DNA of 64,000 nt from an uncultured Gemmatimonadaceae bacterium (GTDB taxonomy: Bacteria > Gemmatimonadota > Gemmatimonadetes > Gemmatimonadales > Gemmatimonadaceae): the NCBI GenBank assembly GCA_963740355.1, contig CAVUDW010000003.1:2144001-2208000 (forward strand), written 5' to 3'. Below, one piece after another: positions 1 to 10,634 of the stretch. The notes under the pieces were generated by a model, which did not search any database, had not been told where the DNA came from, and saw nothing but the letters and a program-made list of their open reading frames with translations. The position numbers and the translations under genes were made by a program. Each line of letters opens with the position of its first letter. Within the stretch, counting starts at the first letter, position 1.

Positions 1-1786
1 CACGCGCATGGCCCGCAGGCAACGGCGTGCCCCACCCGGCCTTCTCGGCCGCAAGATTCAACACGGCCAGCCGGCGTGGATCCTTCGTCATCATCGCGCG
101 ACGAAATTCCACCGGATCCTTCCCCGCCGCGTGCGCCATTTCGTCGATGAACATCTCCACCGCGAACGCGGTGTGTGTATTGCCCACCGACCGCCACCAC
201 TGCGTCGGCACACCAATCTTCGGATACGACGCGTCGAGAAAGACATTCGCGATCTCGTACTTGTGATCGGCCGCACCTTCATAGGCGGACGGATCCTTGC
301 CATCCTTGCTGTCGAACATCGTGCCTTCCATCATGTTCTGGCCGACGACGCGCTGCCACCACGCGACCGGTGTGCCTGCCGCGTCGATGCCGCCACGCAA
401 CGTGTGCAACATCGCAGGGCGGAAGTAGCCGGCCGCTGTATCGTCTTCGCGTGTCCAGACGAGCTTCACTGGCGACTTGCCATTGATCGCCTTCGCAATC
501 GTCGCCGCCTCGACCACGTAGTCCGAGTGCGGATTGGCACGACGACCAAAGCTGCCGCCGGCGAACACCGTGTGCATGGTGACCTGCTCCGGCTTCAGCC
601 CAAACACCGCCGCCACTGCGCCCTGATCGATGGTCGGAAACTGGTTGCTGTTCCAGATGCTCGCGCTGGTGCCAGGCTTCAGTTCGACGACGCAGTTGAG
701 CGGCTCCATCGAGGCATGTGCGAGGTACGGGAATTCATACGTCGCCTCAACCTTCTTGGCGGCCGACGCGATCGCGCCTTCGGCGTTCCCATCGTTGCGA
801 ATGCCGATACCCGGCTTGGTCGCGGCCTCACGGAAGGTTGCCATGATCTCGGTCATGCCGAGCGTGTTGGCACCCGTCTCGTCCCACTCGACGGTCAACG
901 CGTCACGGCCCATCTTCGCGGCCCAGAAGTGTTGTGCCAGCACCGCTACGCCGGTCGGGATCTGCACCACATCCACCACACCGGCCACGGCCTTCGCCTT
1001 GGTGGCATCGAACGATTTCACCTTGGCGCCGAACAGCGGCGCATGTGCAACGACTGCGGTGAGCATGCCCGGAAGCTTCACATCCTGCGTGAAGACCGCG
1101 GTGCCGTTCGACTTCGACCTGGCATCGACACGCGGCGTCACCGTCTTGTCCTTGCCGATGTAGCGGAAGTCCTTCGGGTCCTTCAGTTTCACGTCCGACG
1201 GCACCGGCATCGTGGCGGCCGCTGCCACCAGCGTGCCGTACGCCGCGCGACGATTCGTTGCCGCATGGACCACTTCGCCGGGTTCGGTGGTGAGGTCGCT
1301 CGCGGAAACGCCCCACTGCTTCGCTGCTGCCGCAACCAGCATCGCACGCGCCGTGGCACCCGCCTTTCGATGCTGCGTCCACGAGTTGGCAATCGCCGTG
1401 GATCCGCCCGTGCCCTGCATGCCACCGATTGCCGAATTGCCGTACTTCTTGTTGTCAGCGCCGGCGCCGATCACCGTCACCTTGCTCCAATCCGCATCCA
1501 GTTCGTCGGCGATGATCGTCGCCAAGCCGGTGTGCACGCCCTGGCCCATCTCGAGATGCTTCGACGTGACCTGCACATTCCCGTTGGCGTCGATCCGCAC
1601 GAAGGCATTCGGCTCGAGCGCACCACCAGTTGCCGTGACGACGTCCTCCTCACCCTTCGGTCCGCAGCCATACACCGACACCATCAGCCCGCCGCCGAGC
1701 ACGAGACTGACACGCACGAAGTCGCGGCGGGAGACGGTCGAGTCGAAGCCGGTCTTGTCGGTATCCTTCTGGATGAAGCGCTTCAT
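1..1786 (-). CDS. iorB: Xanthine dehydrogenase-family molybdopterin subunit (isoquinoline 1-oxidoreductase beta-like); 3' end outside the window
   Basis: Not in the ORF track because it runs off the edge. Reading the minus strand from ATG 1786 gives [34 protein letters not shown]...[43 protein letters not shown]...[13 protein letters not shown]. It has a Tat motif (SRRDFV) and the EMGQG Moco motif, with an ATGA overlap with iorA. Confidence 0.9.
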   Translation of the reverse strand, partial: MKRFIQKDTDKTGFDSTVSRRDFVRVSLVLGGGLMVSVYGCGPKGEEDVVTATGGALEPNAFVRIDANGNVQVTSKHLEMGQGVHTGLATIIADELDADWSKVTVIGAGADNKKYGNSAIGGMQGTGGSTAIANSWTQHRKAGATARAMLVAAAAKQWGVSASDLTTEPGEVVHAATNRRAAYGTLVAAAATMPVPSDVKLKDPKDFRYIGKDKTVTPRVDARSKSNGTAVFTQDVKLPGMLTAVVAHAPLFGAKVKSFDATKAKAVAGVVDVVQIPTGVAVLAQHFWAAKMGRDALTVEWDETGANTLGMTEIMATFREAATKPGIGIRNDGNAEGAIASAAKKVEATYEFPYLAHASMEPLNCVVELKPGTSASIWNSNQFPTIDQGAVAAVFGLKPEQVTMHTVFAGGSFGRRANPHSDYVVEAATIAKAINGKSPVKLVWTREDDTAAGYFRPAMLHTLRGGIDAAGTPVAWWQRVVGQNMMEGTMFDSKDGKDPSAYEGAADHKYEIANVFLDASYPKIGVPTQWWRSVGNTHTAFAVEMFIDEMAHAAGKDPVEFRRAMMTKDPRRLAVLNLAAEKAGWGTPLPAGHAR

Positions 1787-2247
1787 GCGGTCGCCCTCTT
1801 CAGTTCAGCCGCACGGTGCACGGCTGCCCGGATCCGCTGGTAGGTGCCGCAGCGGCAGATGTTGCCCTGCATGGCGCGATCGATGTCGGCGTCCGTTGGC
1901 GACGGTGTCGTTTCGAGCAGCGCCACGGCAGACATGATCTGCCCGCTCTGGCAGTAGCCACACTGTGGCACCTGCTGCTCGATCCACGCCTGCTGCACGA
2001 CATGCGTGGTGTCGGCGGAAATCCCCTCGATGGTGGTGATCGCCTTCCCTCCCACCGCCGACAGCGGCAGGGAGCATGAGCGCACCGGCTTGCCATCCAC
2101 ATGCACCGTGCAGGCGCCGCACTGAGCCATGCCGCAACCGAATTTCGTTCCTGTCAGCCCTACGATGTCACGGATCACCCACAACAACGGCGTGGATGGA
2201 TCGGCAGCGACGTCGTGCGCCGTGCCATTGATGTTGATCGAGGCCAT
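1783..2247 (-). CDS. iorA: (2Fe-2S)-binding small subunit of IorAB-type oxidoreductase
   Basis: [25 protein letters not shown] and NICRCGTY Fe-S motifs. Confidence 0.93.
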   Translation of the reverse strand: MASININGTAHDVAADPSTPLLWVIRDIVGLTGTKFGCGMAQCGACTVHVDGKPVRSCSLPLSAVGGKAITTIEGISADTTHVVQQAWIEQQVPQCGYCQSGQIMSAVALLETTPSPTDADIDRAMQGNICRCGTYQRIRAAVHRAAELKRATA

Positions 2248-2492
2248 CGATTCTCTCCACTCGGTGCTGGGTGTTTCCGAAGAACAGGCTGGAATTCACG
2301 TTCGGCCAAACTGGGGCACGCGCGGTTCGGCATTCAGGCGATGCGTCTGCCTGACAGACGGGCTGCATATCGCCCGCTACGCTGCGGACAGCGTCCGGCT
2401 GCCGTTCGTGACTGAGTACAATAAGGTGGCGCACGGAAGACCGGTGCCCGCGGCGCAGTCTCGCCACGTACCACATCCAGCCGAACCTCTCC

Positions 2493-3188
2493 ATGGCGAT
2501 TCACACCGAGCTTCATCGTACCTCGCACATCGGGTGGCTGCGAGCCGCCGTCCTCGGTGCCAACGATGGCCTGATCTCGACCAGCAGCCTGGTGGTCGGT
2601 GTCGCGGCCGCGCAGGCCGAGCGGGGCCCCGTGCTCCTCTCGGCGTTGGCTGGGTTGGTGGCCGGCGCGCTGTCGATGGCGGCAGGCGAATACGTCTCGG
2701 TCAGCTCGCAATCGGATACCGAGGAGGCTGATCTGGACCGCGAACGGAAGGAGTTGGCCGCGGACCCCGAGCACGAGCGTCAGGAGCTGGCCGGGATCTA
2801 TGAGTCCCGCGGCCTCACGGCCGAGCTCGCCCTGCAGGTTGCTGATCAGCTGATGGCGAAGGACGCGCTGGGCGCCCATGCCAGGGACGAGCTCGGTATG
2901 TCCGACATGACCCGCGCGCGGCCAATCCAGGCGGCGCTTTCCTCGGCAGCCGCCTTCGCCGCCGGTGCTACGCCACCTGTCCTGCTGGTGTTATTCATCC
3001 CCCTGGCGCAGGTCTCGCTGTCGGTGACCGGCGTCACGCTCGTGCTGCTGATCGGTCTCGGGGCCCTGGCCGCAAAGACCGGCGGCGCTCCCATGTTGCG
3101 CGGCGCCATCCGGGTCACCTTCTGGGGTGCCGTGGCGATGGGTGCGACAGCACTCGTCGGGAAACTCTTCGGCACGGTCGCCGCGTAG
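2493..3188 (+). CDS. VIT1/CCC1 family Fe/Mn transporter
   Basis: WLRAAVLGANDGLIS and SMAAGEYVSVSSQ signatures; five hydrophobic segments. Confidence 0.92.
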   Translation: MAIHTELHRTSHIGWLRAAVLGANDGLISTSSLVVGVAAAQAERGPVLLSALAGLVAGALSMAAGEYVSVSSQSDTEEADLDRERKELAADPEHERQELAGIYESRGLTAELALQVADQLMAKDALGAHARDELGMSDMTRARPIQAALSSAAAFAAGATPPVLLVLFIPLAQVSLSVTGVTLVLLIGLGALAAKTGGAPMLRGAIRVTFWGAVAMGATALVGKLFGTVAA

Positions 3189-3231
3189 GCGGTTCGCTTC
3201 GCACCACCACGATTGACCTGTCTCGCTGCCT

Positions 3232-3828
3232 ATGCCCACGACTCCGACCAGCAACATGCCCGCCATGCGCGTCGATGGCGACCACCGCGAGCGAACGGTC
3301 GCGCTGCTGTCGGATGCATACGCGCGCGACATGATCACGATGAGTGAACTAGAACTGCGGATGGAAGCCGTCTACAGCGCCGCCGATCGAGCCGACCTGG
3401 CGCGGCTGACGGCCGACTTGCCGATGATCGGTGACCTGTCAGCGCAGGCGGCCAGCGGGCTGGTTGGTGGCGCGCGACAGCAGTTGTCGGCGTTCTTCAG
3501 CTCGATCGAGGGCGTCCAGATCGCGGTGATGCCAACACTGTTCGACATCAGCGCGACCTTTGGCAGCGTCGAGCTCGACTTCCGGCACACGGTGTTCCAT
3601 CCCGGCGTCACCGAGATCAGCATCGCCGCGAATTTCGGCAGCATCGAGTTGGTGCTGCCTTCGTACGTCGCCGTCGAGCGCCACGGTCACTTCAGCTTCT
3701 GTTCGTACAGCATCAAGGACAAGGGCTTCAAGCGGGCCCAGCACCCGCTCCCAGCCAACGCGCCGGTGGTGCGCCTGACGGGGCATGCGTTCCTCAGCAA
3801 CATCGAGATCAAGCGCGTGAAACCGTAG
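3232..3828 (+). CDS. DUF1707 domain protein with LiaF/DUF2154-like C-terminus
   Basis: MRVDGDHRERTVALLSDAYA...ELELRMEAVYSA...LTADLP; C-terminal FGSVELDFR and FGSIELVLP repeats. Confidence 0.75.
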   Translation: MPTTPTSNMPAMRVDGDHRERTVALLSDAYARDMITMSELELRMEAVYSAADRADLARLTADLPMIGDLSAQAASGLVGGARQQLSAFFSSIEGVQIAVMPTLFDISATFGSVELDFRHTVFHPGVTEISIAANFGSIELVLPSYVAVERHGHFSFCSYSIKDKGFKRAQHPLPANAPVVRLTGHAFLSNIEIKRVKP

Positions 3829-3873
3829 TCGCGGCGACGCGGCTGGATCGCGCGATCGCACGTCGAGGGGCGA

Positions 3874-4689
3874 CTAAAAATCCAGATCGTCGCCGTCGTC
3901 GAATCGTGGCAATGGCCACGGTGGTCCGCTGCTTTCGCCCCACTGCACCTCGACATCCGCCACCAACGGTTCGTCGAACAGGTGCTGCACCAGTGACTCG
4001 ACATCACGGCTGGGCGTTCCGACCACAAAGTTGATTGCGCCAGTGGTGCCAGCGACGTGGGGCTCGCACTGCCAGAGTCGAGCCGATTCCGGCACCACCT
4101 CGCCGATATCCATCAGCAGCGCGTCGATCAACTCCTCATCGGTGTGCGGCCGGAAGCGGATCCAGACCTTGGGGCCAAGGTTGAGCGCCTCCCACTCGCG
4201 ATACGCTTCCACCTGCGCGGCACTCGATGCACGCCACGCTTCGAACGCGGCCTCGCCCTCCATCAGCACAGCCGGTGAGACGCCGGCGGCAAGTCGCTGC
4301 TGGTTCACCAGGTGGCGGAAGCGCGCCACACGATCCGCGAGTTCGGGCGAAACATGCGACAACAATGCCAGCACCAGCGTGTCAACACGTCGGTTCGCGC
4401 CACGCGCGTAGGTCTCGACGAGGTGGTCCGGCGCGGCGTTGATGAACTGGAATGCACTGCGGTACTCGTCCTCGCTGAACAGCTCACCGACCTCGGGCCA
4501 GGTGTCCCACACAGGCCGCGGCGTCAACTCCGAGGCGGGGATCCAGCGACGAAAGGCGTCGAGGCCAATCCCGCTCGGCACCGTCAGCAGCCACGCGAGG
4601 ACCTGTTCCTTCGACCCGGAGAACACCTGCCCATCGAGCTGTTCTGGCTCGAATCCGATGCGTCGGAATTCTGTGTAGATGTCGTTCAT
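3874..4689 (-). CDS. Hypothetical protein
   Basis: Long ORF with protein-like composition filling the gap; start chosen at MNDIYTEF (alternative start 4746); no family recognised. Confidence 0.6.
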   Translation of the reverse strand: MNDIYTEFRRIGFEPEQLDGQVFSGSKEQVLAWLLTVPSGIGLDAFRRWIPASELTPRPVWDTWPEVGELFSEDEYRSAFQFINAAPDHLVETYARGANRRVDTLVLALLSHVSPELADRVARFRHLVNQQRLAAGVSPAVLMEGEAAFEAWRASSAAQVEAYREWEALNLGPKVWIRFRPHTDEELIDALLMDIGEVVPESARLWQCEPHVAGTTGAINFVVGTPSRDVESLVQHLFDEPLVADVEVQWGESSGPPWPLPRFDDGDDLDF

Positions 4690-4994
4690 GAAGACGGCGT
4701 GGAAACGACTGGACGATCCGGGAGACTCTCGACAGGCGCGCAGCATGCGGAGCCGTGGCCGGCCATCCCGTCAGCGGCAGCCGGGATGGTCGTGCGAACC
4801 AACATGCTACCAATTCCGAGTCCCTGTCAAGACATCATCATTGGATGCTGGTGTCGATTGACGGTCTCGGCCGCCAACTGCTGCGCGCCACCGCTGCAGC
4901 TCAGCTGGCTTGGTCGACAATCCCTGCGCGCATGGCTACGGTTCACTCCGGTTCAGTCGACCGCACCATCCCTCGCGCTTGCCGGAGTTCCCTG

Positions 4995-6389
4995 ATGTCT
5001 TCCGTCCCGCGGCTGCTGCACGCGATGTCCCTCGCTGTGCTCGCGGCCGGCCTGTGGGTCGTCGCACCGTCCAGCGTCGAGGCGCAGTGGCGACCGCTCT
5101 TCGATGGCACCAGCCTCGCTGGCTGGTATCAGTGCAACGGCTCGGCGCCGTACACCGTGGAAAACGGCACGATCACGGGTCGCTCGGTGGTGAAATCACC
5201 CAACAGTTTTCTCTGCACTCGCGAGACGTTTGGCGACTTCGTGCTCGAGTACGACATCTGGCTTGGATCGGCACTCAACAGCGGTGTACAGATCCGGAGC
5301 ACGAGCGATTCCTCGATCATGAACGGTCGCGTGCACGGATACCAGGTCGAAGTCGATCCGTCGCCGCGACGATGGACCGGTGGTATCTACGACGAATCGC
5401 GCAGCGGGTGGCTGCACACACTCGATGGACAACCGGACGCCCAACGCGCCTTCCGCCTCGGCACGTGGAATCACTTTCGCGTCGAGGCGATTGGTACATC
5501 CATTCGAACCTGGGTGAACGGTGTACCGGCAGCCAACATCCTCGACGATCGCTCGGCACGTGGGATCATCGCGCTGCAGGTCCACGATATCGGTCTTGAC
5601 TCGACGCTGGTGGGCCAGGTCGTCCGGTTCCGGAACATTCGCATCAAGACCGAGGGCCTGGATGCGGCACGCACCCCGATGTCGAGCACGGTGCCGCAGT
5701 ACAACTACATCGCCAATACACTCACGGCGCGGGAACGCAGCGCAGGCTGGAAATTGCTCTGGGACGGCCGGAGCAGCGCTGGGTGGCGAGGCGCGAAGCT
5801 CACCTCGTTTCCGGCGCAGGGTTGGGAGATGCGGGATGGCGTGTTGTCGGTACTCGAAACCGAAGGACGCGAGGCTGCCGCTGGCGGCGATATCGTGACC
5901 GACGACGAGTATGAAAACTTCGAGCTGACACTCGAATACCGGCTGACACGTGGCGCGAACAGTGGCATCAAGTATTTCGTCAACACCGCGCTCAACACAG
6001 GAAATGGGAGTGCCATCGGCAATGAGTTCCAACTGCTGGACGACGCCGTGCACCCCGACGCGAAGCTTGGCGTGAATCACAACCGCACCAATGCCGGCCT
6101 CTACGACCTCATCCCGCCGCGGAACGTTCGCTTCAATGAAATCGGCGAGTGGAATCGGGCACGCATCGTTGTGCGCGGCCAGCACGTTGAACACTGGCTG
6201 AACGGCTTCAAGACGGTGGAATACGAGCGCGGCACACAGCTCTGGCGGGCGCTGGTGGATCATAGCAAGTACGTCGTCTGGCCAGACTTTGGGAACGCCG
6301 CGCGCGGTCACATCCTGTTGCAGGATCATGGCAATGCGGTGTCATTCCGGTCGATCAAGCTGCGAGTGCTACCTGGGAGCAAGACATGA
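4995..6389 (+). CDS. Secreted tandem-DUF1080 protein (3-keto-disaccharide hydrolase family)
   Basis: Signal peptide ending VEA-Q; two repeats of LFDG/LWDG...NSG...GYQ/EFQ...WN...G.I.LQ.H...FRNI; GGAG RBS at ~4984. Confidence 0.88.
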   Translation: MSSVPRLLHAMSLAVLAAGLWVVAPSSVEAQWRPLFDGTSLAGWYQCNGSAPYTVENGTITGRSVVKSPNSFLCTRETFGDFVLEYDIWLGSALNSGVQIRSTSDSSIMNGRVHGYQVEVDPSPRRWTGGIYDESRSGWLHTLDGQPDAQRAFRLGTWNHFRVEAIGTSIRTWVNGVPAANILDDRSARGIIALQVHDIGLDSTLVGQVVRFRNIRIKTEGLDAARTPMSSTVPQYNYIANTLTARERSAGWKLLWDGRSSAGWRGAKLTSFPAQGWEMRDGVLSVLETEGREAAAGGDIVTDDEYENFELTLEYRLTRGANSGIKYFVNTALNTGNGSAIGNEFQLLDDAVHPDAKLGVNHNRTNAGLYDLIPPRNVRFNEIGEWNRARIVVRGQHVEHWLNGFKTVEYERGTQLWRALVDHSKYVVWPDFGNAARGHILLQDHGNAVSFRSIKLRVLPGSKT

Positions 6390-7777
6390 GCGACACTACC
6401 CGTCGTCAGTTCCTCAAGTCGTCAGCCGGCGTACTCCTGCTGCCGGCCTTCATTCCTCGCACCTACCTGTTTGGCGGCGGTACACCACCAAGCCGCGTGA
6501 TCAACGTGGCGCAGATTGGGTGCGGACGGATGGGGATGGAAGATCTCCGCGGCACGATCGCCCACGATCTCTGCCGAGTGGTGGCGGTGTGTGACCTGGA
6601 TGCCAATCGCCGCGAGGCTGCACGAGCGGAAGTGGAGCAGTTCTACCGTGCGAAGGGCGAGCGTCGCGTGAACGTGCGCGCGTACCAGGACTACCATGAG
6701 ATCCTCGCGCGGCGGGACATCGACGCGGTGCTGATCACGCCACCCGATCATTGGCATGCGCTGGTTGCGGTCGAAGCGGTACTGGCCGGCAAGGATGTCC
6801 ATGTGCAGAAGCCGATCACCTACGACATCGCTGAGTCGATCGTGCTGCGGCAGGTGGTGCGGAAGACGCAGCGTGTGCTGCAGACCGGCAGCCAGCAGCG
6901 GTCATCACACCCGTGGCAGACGTTTCGTGTCGCGAGTCAGGCCGTGCGTAACGGGCGGATCGGCACCCTGAAGACGATTCGCATCGGCATCGGCCGCGAC
7001 GAGCCCAAGGGGCAGGCACCGCTGCCGCAACCGGTGCCGTCGACCTTCGACTACGACACCTGGCTGGGCCCGGCCCCGCAGCAACCGTACATGGAGGCTC
7101 GGGTCCATCCACAACAGGGATACGGACGCCCCGGCTGGATCACCACCGAAGACTTCGGGCTCGGCATGATCACCAACTGGGGTGCCCACCACATGGACAT
7201 CGCGCAGTGGGCAATGGGCATGGAGCTGAGCGGTCCAACGCGCGTATCGGCCAAGGCCGACTTCATGCAGCATGACGTCTGGACGGTGCATCACGGCTAT
7301 CACATCGAGATGCAATATGCGAATGGGGCAACCGTGATCCTCGATGACTCATACCCGAATGGCATCCGTTTCGAGGGTTCGGACGGGTGGGTGTTCTGCG
7401 CTCGTGGTGCCGCACAGGTCACGAGCAGCGACCCTGCTGCACCGGCGGACGCACCGAAGGCGCTCGACGCCAGCAATGCACGCATCATCTCCGATCCCTT
7501 CACCGACCGCGAGGTGCGATGGATGCCGAGCGACAATCACTACCGGAACTGGCTGGAGGCAATTCAGACGCGCACCGATCCGATCGCGCCAGTGGATCAG
7601 GCCGTGCGCAGCCTGCAGGCCTGTGCCACGGCGTGGATCAGCATGAAGCTCGGTCGGCCCGTGACCTGGGATGCCGCTCGCGAGGAATTCCCCGGCGATG
7701 CCGAGGCGAATGCGCTGCGGACGCGCGCGCCACGCTCTTCACGCTTTGACGTCCACCGCATCGCGAGGCTGGCATGA
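6386..7777 (+). CDS. Tat-exported Gfo/Idh/MocA oxidoreductase
   Basis: TRRQFLK; IGCGRMG; TPPDHWH; GKDVHVQKP; NWGAHHMD; ATGA-coupled to the DUF1080 gene. Confidence 0.9.
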   Translation: MSDTTRRQFLKSSAGVLLLPAFIPRTYLFGGGTPPSRVINVAQIGCGRMGMEDLRGTIAHDLCRVVAVCDLDANRREAARAEVEQFYRAKGERRVNVRAYQDYHEILARRDIDAVLITPPDHWHALVAVEAVLAGKDVHVQKPITYDIAESIVLRQVVRKTQRVLQTGSQQRSSHPWQTFRVASQAVRNGRIGTLKTIRIGIGRDEPKGQAPLPQPVPSTFDYDTWLGPAPQQPYMEARVHPQQGYGRPGWITTEDFGLGMITNWGAHHMDIAQWAMGMELSGPTRVSAKADFMQHDVWTVHHGYHIEMQYANGATVILDDSYPNGIRFEGSDGWVFCARGAAQVTSSDPAAPADAPKALDASNARIISDPFTDREVRWMPSDNHYRNWLEAIQTRTDPIAPVDQAVRSLQACATAWISMKLGRPVTWDAAREEFPGDAEANALRTRAPRSSRFDVHRIARLA

Positions 7778-8442
7778 GCACACCACGGTTGATCGACCTC
7801 AGTCACGTGATCGAGGACGGCATGATCACCTACAAGGGCCTCCCTGCGCCCCTGATCTGCGACCACCTGTCACGCCTCGCGTCGCGCGAGATCTACGCCC
7901 CGGGCACCGAATTCCAGATTGGCCGGATCGAGATGGTGGGCAATACCGGCACCTATCTCGACACGCCATACCATCGGTATGCGGATGGCGAAGACCTCGC
8001 CGACATCGGCATCGACCGTCTCTGTGATCTGCCGGGACTGGTCGTGCAGGCCACGACACGAAGCGGACGGGCCATCGACGTCGACGTATTTGTCGATCTC
8101 GCGGTGCATGGCTGCGCAGTGCTGGTCCACACTGGGTGGGATGCACACTGGCGCACCGACCAATACCTCGAGGGCCATCCCTACCTGACGGAAGCAGCCG
8201 CAGTCTACCTCCGCGATGCAGGCGCGCTGCTGGTCGGCATCGACTCCCACAACATCGATTGCACTGACAACGGCGAGCGCCCGGTGCACACCACGCTCCT
8301 TGGTGCGGGGATCCCGATCGTCGAGCACATGACGAACCTCGCCACAGTGCCCGCCACCGGCTTTCGCTTCACCGCCGCACCGCCGAAGATTCGCGGCATG
8401 GGGACCTTTCCCGTGCGCGCGTTTGCAACCTGTCCTGGCTAA
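7774..8442 (+). CDS. Cyclase family (kynurenine formamidase-like) metal hydrolase
   Basis: IDLSH, NTGTYLDTPYH, VGIDS, H..LL..GIPIVEHMTNL, FPVRAFA. Confidence 0.88.
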   Translation: MSTPRLIDLSHVIEDGMITYKGLPAPLICDHLSRLASREIYAPGTEFQIGRIEMVGNTGTYLDTPYHRYADGEDLADIGIDRLCDLPGLVVQATTRSGRAIDVDVFVDLAVHGCAVLVHTGWDAHWRTDQYLEGHPYLTEAAAVYLRDAGALLVGIDSHNIDCTDNGERPVHTTLLGAGIPIVEHMTNLATVPATGFRFTAAPPKIRGMGTFPVRAFATCPG

Positions 8443-8447
8443 AACAG

Positions 8448-8483
8448 AGGCTCGCCGGCGCAGCGATCTGCACCGGCGAGCCT
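8448..8483 (-). terminator. Intrinsic terminator hairpin between convergent genes
   Basis: AGGCTCGCCGGCGCAG-cgat-CTGCACCGGCGAGCCT; followed by CTGTTTT on the minus strand. Confidence 0.7.
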
Positions 8484-8524
8484 TGATCGCAGGCTACTGC
8501 CTGCGGCGGGTCAGCCTGCTCGCG

Positions 8525-10003
8525 TCACCGAACGCCAGCCGTCGTGCGCGACTGATACTTCGCCGGGGCAGAGCGGCGCGCAGGGCGACCGCGGCCCACG
8601 CCTGGCGTCTCGAGCTGGAAGGTCGAGACGGTGTCATTGAGGGTGCCTGCCTGCGCGTTCAGCTCTTCGGCTGCGCTGGCGGATTCCTCGGCGCTGGCGG
8701 CGACCTGCTGCGTGATTGCATTCACCTGTGCCACGGCACGCGTGATCTGCGTCACGCCGTCCACCTGACCGGCACTGGCCGCGGTGATTTCGCTCACGAC
8801 CGTCACCACCTGTGCGATCTGTGCGCTGATTTCTTTCAGGCTGCCGAGGACTTCGTCGTTCAGCTGCACACCACGCTCGGTTGACGAGACGCTCTTTTCG
8901 ATCAGCGATTCCGTGCTCTGCGCCGCGTTGGCGGCGCGCAGAGCAAGGGCGCGCACTTCGTCGGCCACGACAGCGAATCCACGACCGGCATCGCCGGCAC
9001 GGGCCGCTTCCACGGCGGCGTTCAGCGCCAGCAGGTTGGTCTGGAACGCAATCTCATTGATCGTCTTGATGATACGCGCGGTTTCCTGCGTCGACGCCTT
9101 GATGTCGCCCATGGCCGCAGTGAGGTTCGCCATGCGCGTCTCACCGTCGGTGGCGTGGTTGCGCGCCTCGGCTGCCAGCGCACTCGCCTTGCGGGCGTGG
9201 TCGGCGTTGGTGCTGGCCATCGAGGCCAGTTCATCGAGGTTGATCGAGACTTCACCGAGGCTGGACGCCTGCTTGGTGGCACCTTCTGCCAGCGACCGGC
9301 TGGCATTGGTGATCTCGCCGCCAGCATTCCGGACTTCCGACGACGCCGCACTGACCTGCGAAATCGTGGAATGCAGCGTCTCGACCGACGAGTTGAAGCT
9401 GTCCTTGAGCGCCTGTGCGTGCTCGGGAAAGTCGGCCGTGATCCGGTGGAGCAGGTTGCCATTCGCCAGCGCCTGCAGCCCGTCCGCGATCGCCTCGATC
9501 ACGACGGCATTCTGGCTCGCGTCCTTCGCGATGTTCTGCTCGACCATCTTCTGGTCATGGATGAACGTGAGCGATCCGCAGGCTCGGATGGTCTGACCAT
9601 CGGCCGAGTGCTTGCACCCACCGGTGGCGCGGAACCAACGGTACTGGCCGTCCTTCATCTTCAGGCGGTACGTCACATCGTAGCGTGCGTTCCCGCTCTT
9701 GTCGGAGAGGTGGCCACCGAAGGCGGCGAACGTCGCCGGAACGTCATCCGGATGCAGCTTGTCCGACCAGGACTGGCAGACATTCGGAAATTCGGCCTCG
9801 TTGCTGTATCCGATGAGGCGACGGAATTCCGGTGACCAGAGCCACTTGCTCCGCGGGTCGAGCGCGTCGGCGTTGTAGAGCACCGCCGCCCACAGCCCAA
9901 CACCGCTGGCATTGTCGAGCACATCCGACCGCTCTTTCACTTCTGCGAGCTCCGCCTTGACGCGAGCGAGTTCGGAGGACTTGCGGAAGAAAGCGAACGG
10001 CAT
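8525..10003 (-). CDS. Soluble PAS-domain methyl-accepting chemotaxis protein
   Basis: PAS (GLW...[11 protein letters not shown]...HPDD...[13 protein letters not shown]); signalling hairpin [37 protein letters not shown]; no transmembrane segment. Confidence 0.92.
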   Translation of the reverse strand: MPFAFFRKSSELARVKAELAEVKERSDVLDNASGVGLWAAVLYNADALDPRSKWLWSPEFRRLIGYSNEAEFPNVCQSWSDKLHPDDVPATFAAFGGHLSDKSGNARYDVTYRLKMKDGQYRWFRATGGCKHSADGQTIRACGSLTFIHDQKMVEQNIAKDASQNAVVIEAIADGLQALANGNLLHRITADFPEHAQALKDSFNSSVETLHSTISQVSAASSEVRNAGGEITNASRSLAEGATKQASSLGEVSINLDELASMASTNADHARKASALAAEARNHATDGETRMANLTAAMGDIKASTQETARIIKTINEIAFQTNLLALNAAVEAARAGDAGRGFAVVADEVRALALRAANAAQSTESLIEKSVSSTERGVQLNDEVLGSLKEISAQIAQVVTVVSEITAASAGQVDGVTQITRAVAQVNAITQQVAASAEESASAAEELNAQAGTLNDTVSTFQLETPGVGRGRPARRSAPAKYQSRTTAGVR

Positions 10004-10166
10004 GAGCGTCGACTCCAGCGGAGGGATGGGATGAACCGAGGTGTGCGCCGGCAGCAGGGCGCGATTCTCCCAAGTCTCGTCAGGCAAGCGGCAGCGCATG
10101 AGGCGCAACCCACCATTCGCTATCATTAGCCGACTCTTACGTCACCTGCGTCTCGCCACACTCTCG

Positions 10167-10604
10167 ATGATGCGTCAGCGAACCACTTTCGAATGCGCGT
10201 GCGCGCTGCTCCTCGTCAGCGTGGCAATGGTCGCCGTGCCAAGCCGATCGGACGCGCAGGCGCGCTCAGCAGGACTGCGCGAGATCGGTCGGACGGCGGC
10301 CGGGAATCCGGTGCTGGTGGAGCCTCGGAGCGTCAGGCGCGAACAGGATCTCCTGCACGGCATCATCCGCGTGCGATTTGCGAAGGCCGTGCGCGCGCCT
10401 GGCGGTGACTGGTGGAGTTCGCGCACCCGGCTGACCTTCGACTGTACCAAGCGGCAGGTCAAGGTGCTCGAGAATTGGTATTATGGTGATACCACATGGA
10501 CCCGTGTTGCCAGCCACACCGTCAGCGGCCAGCCAGGGTTTGGCGCGGTGATGGGAGGTTCGATGACCTCGGTGGGGTATGATGCGCTCTGTCCTGTGAA
10601 GTGA
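10167..10604 (+). CDS. Secreted hypothetical protein (surface-adhesin E-like fold possible)
   Basis: Signal peptide ending SDA-Q; FDCTKRQVK and terminal DALC suggest a disulfide-bonded small domain. Confidence 0.6.
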   Translation: MMRQRTTFECACALLLVSVAMVAVPSRSDAQARSAGLREIGRTAAGNPVLVEPRSVRREQDLLHGIIRVRFAKAVRAPGGDWWSSRTRLTFDCTKRQVKVLENWYYGDTTWTRVASHTVSGQPGFGAVMGGSMTSVGYDALCPVK

Positions 10605-10634
10605 TGGCCGTCTGACGGACGGCGGCCGTTCGCC

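Noticed and set aside
8..1843. 611-aa plus-strand ORF and many similar long Arg/His-rich ORFs (e.g. 23837-25438, 10893-12143, 56724-57893)
   Set aside because: Antisense shadows of real genes in high-GC DNA; the true gene here is iorB on the minus strand.
2250..2492. Mn/metal riboswitch (yybP-ykoY) ahead of the VIT1 gene
   Set aside because: Only a GGCGAGAC fragment, on the wrong strand; no GGGGAGUA core.
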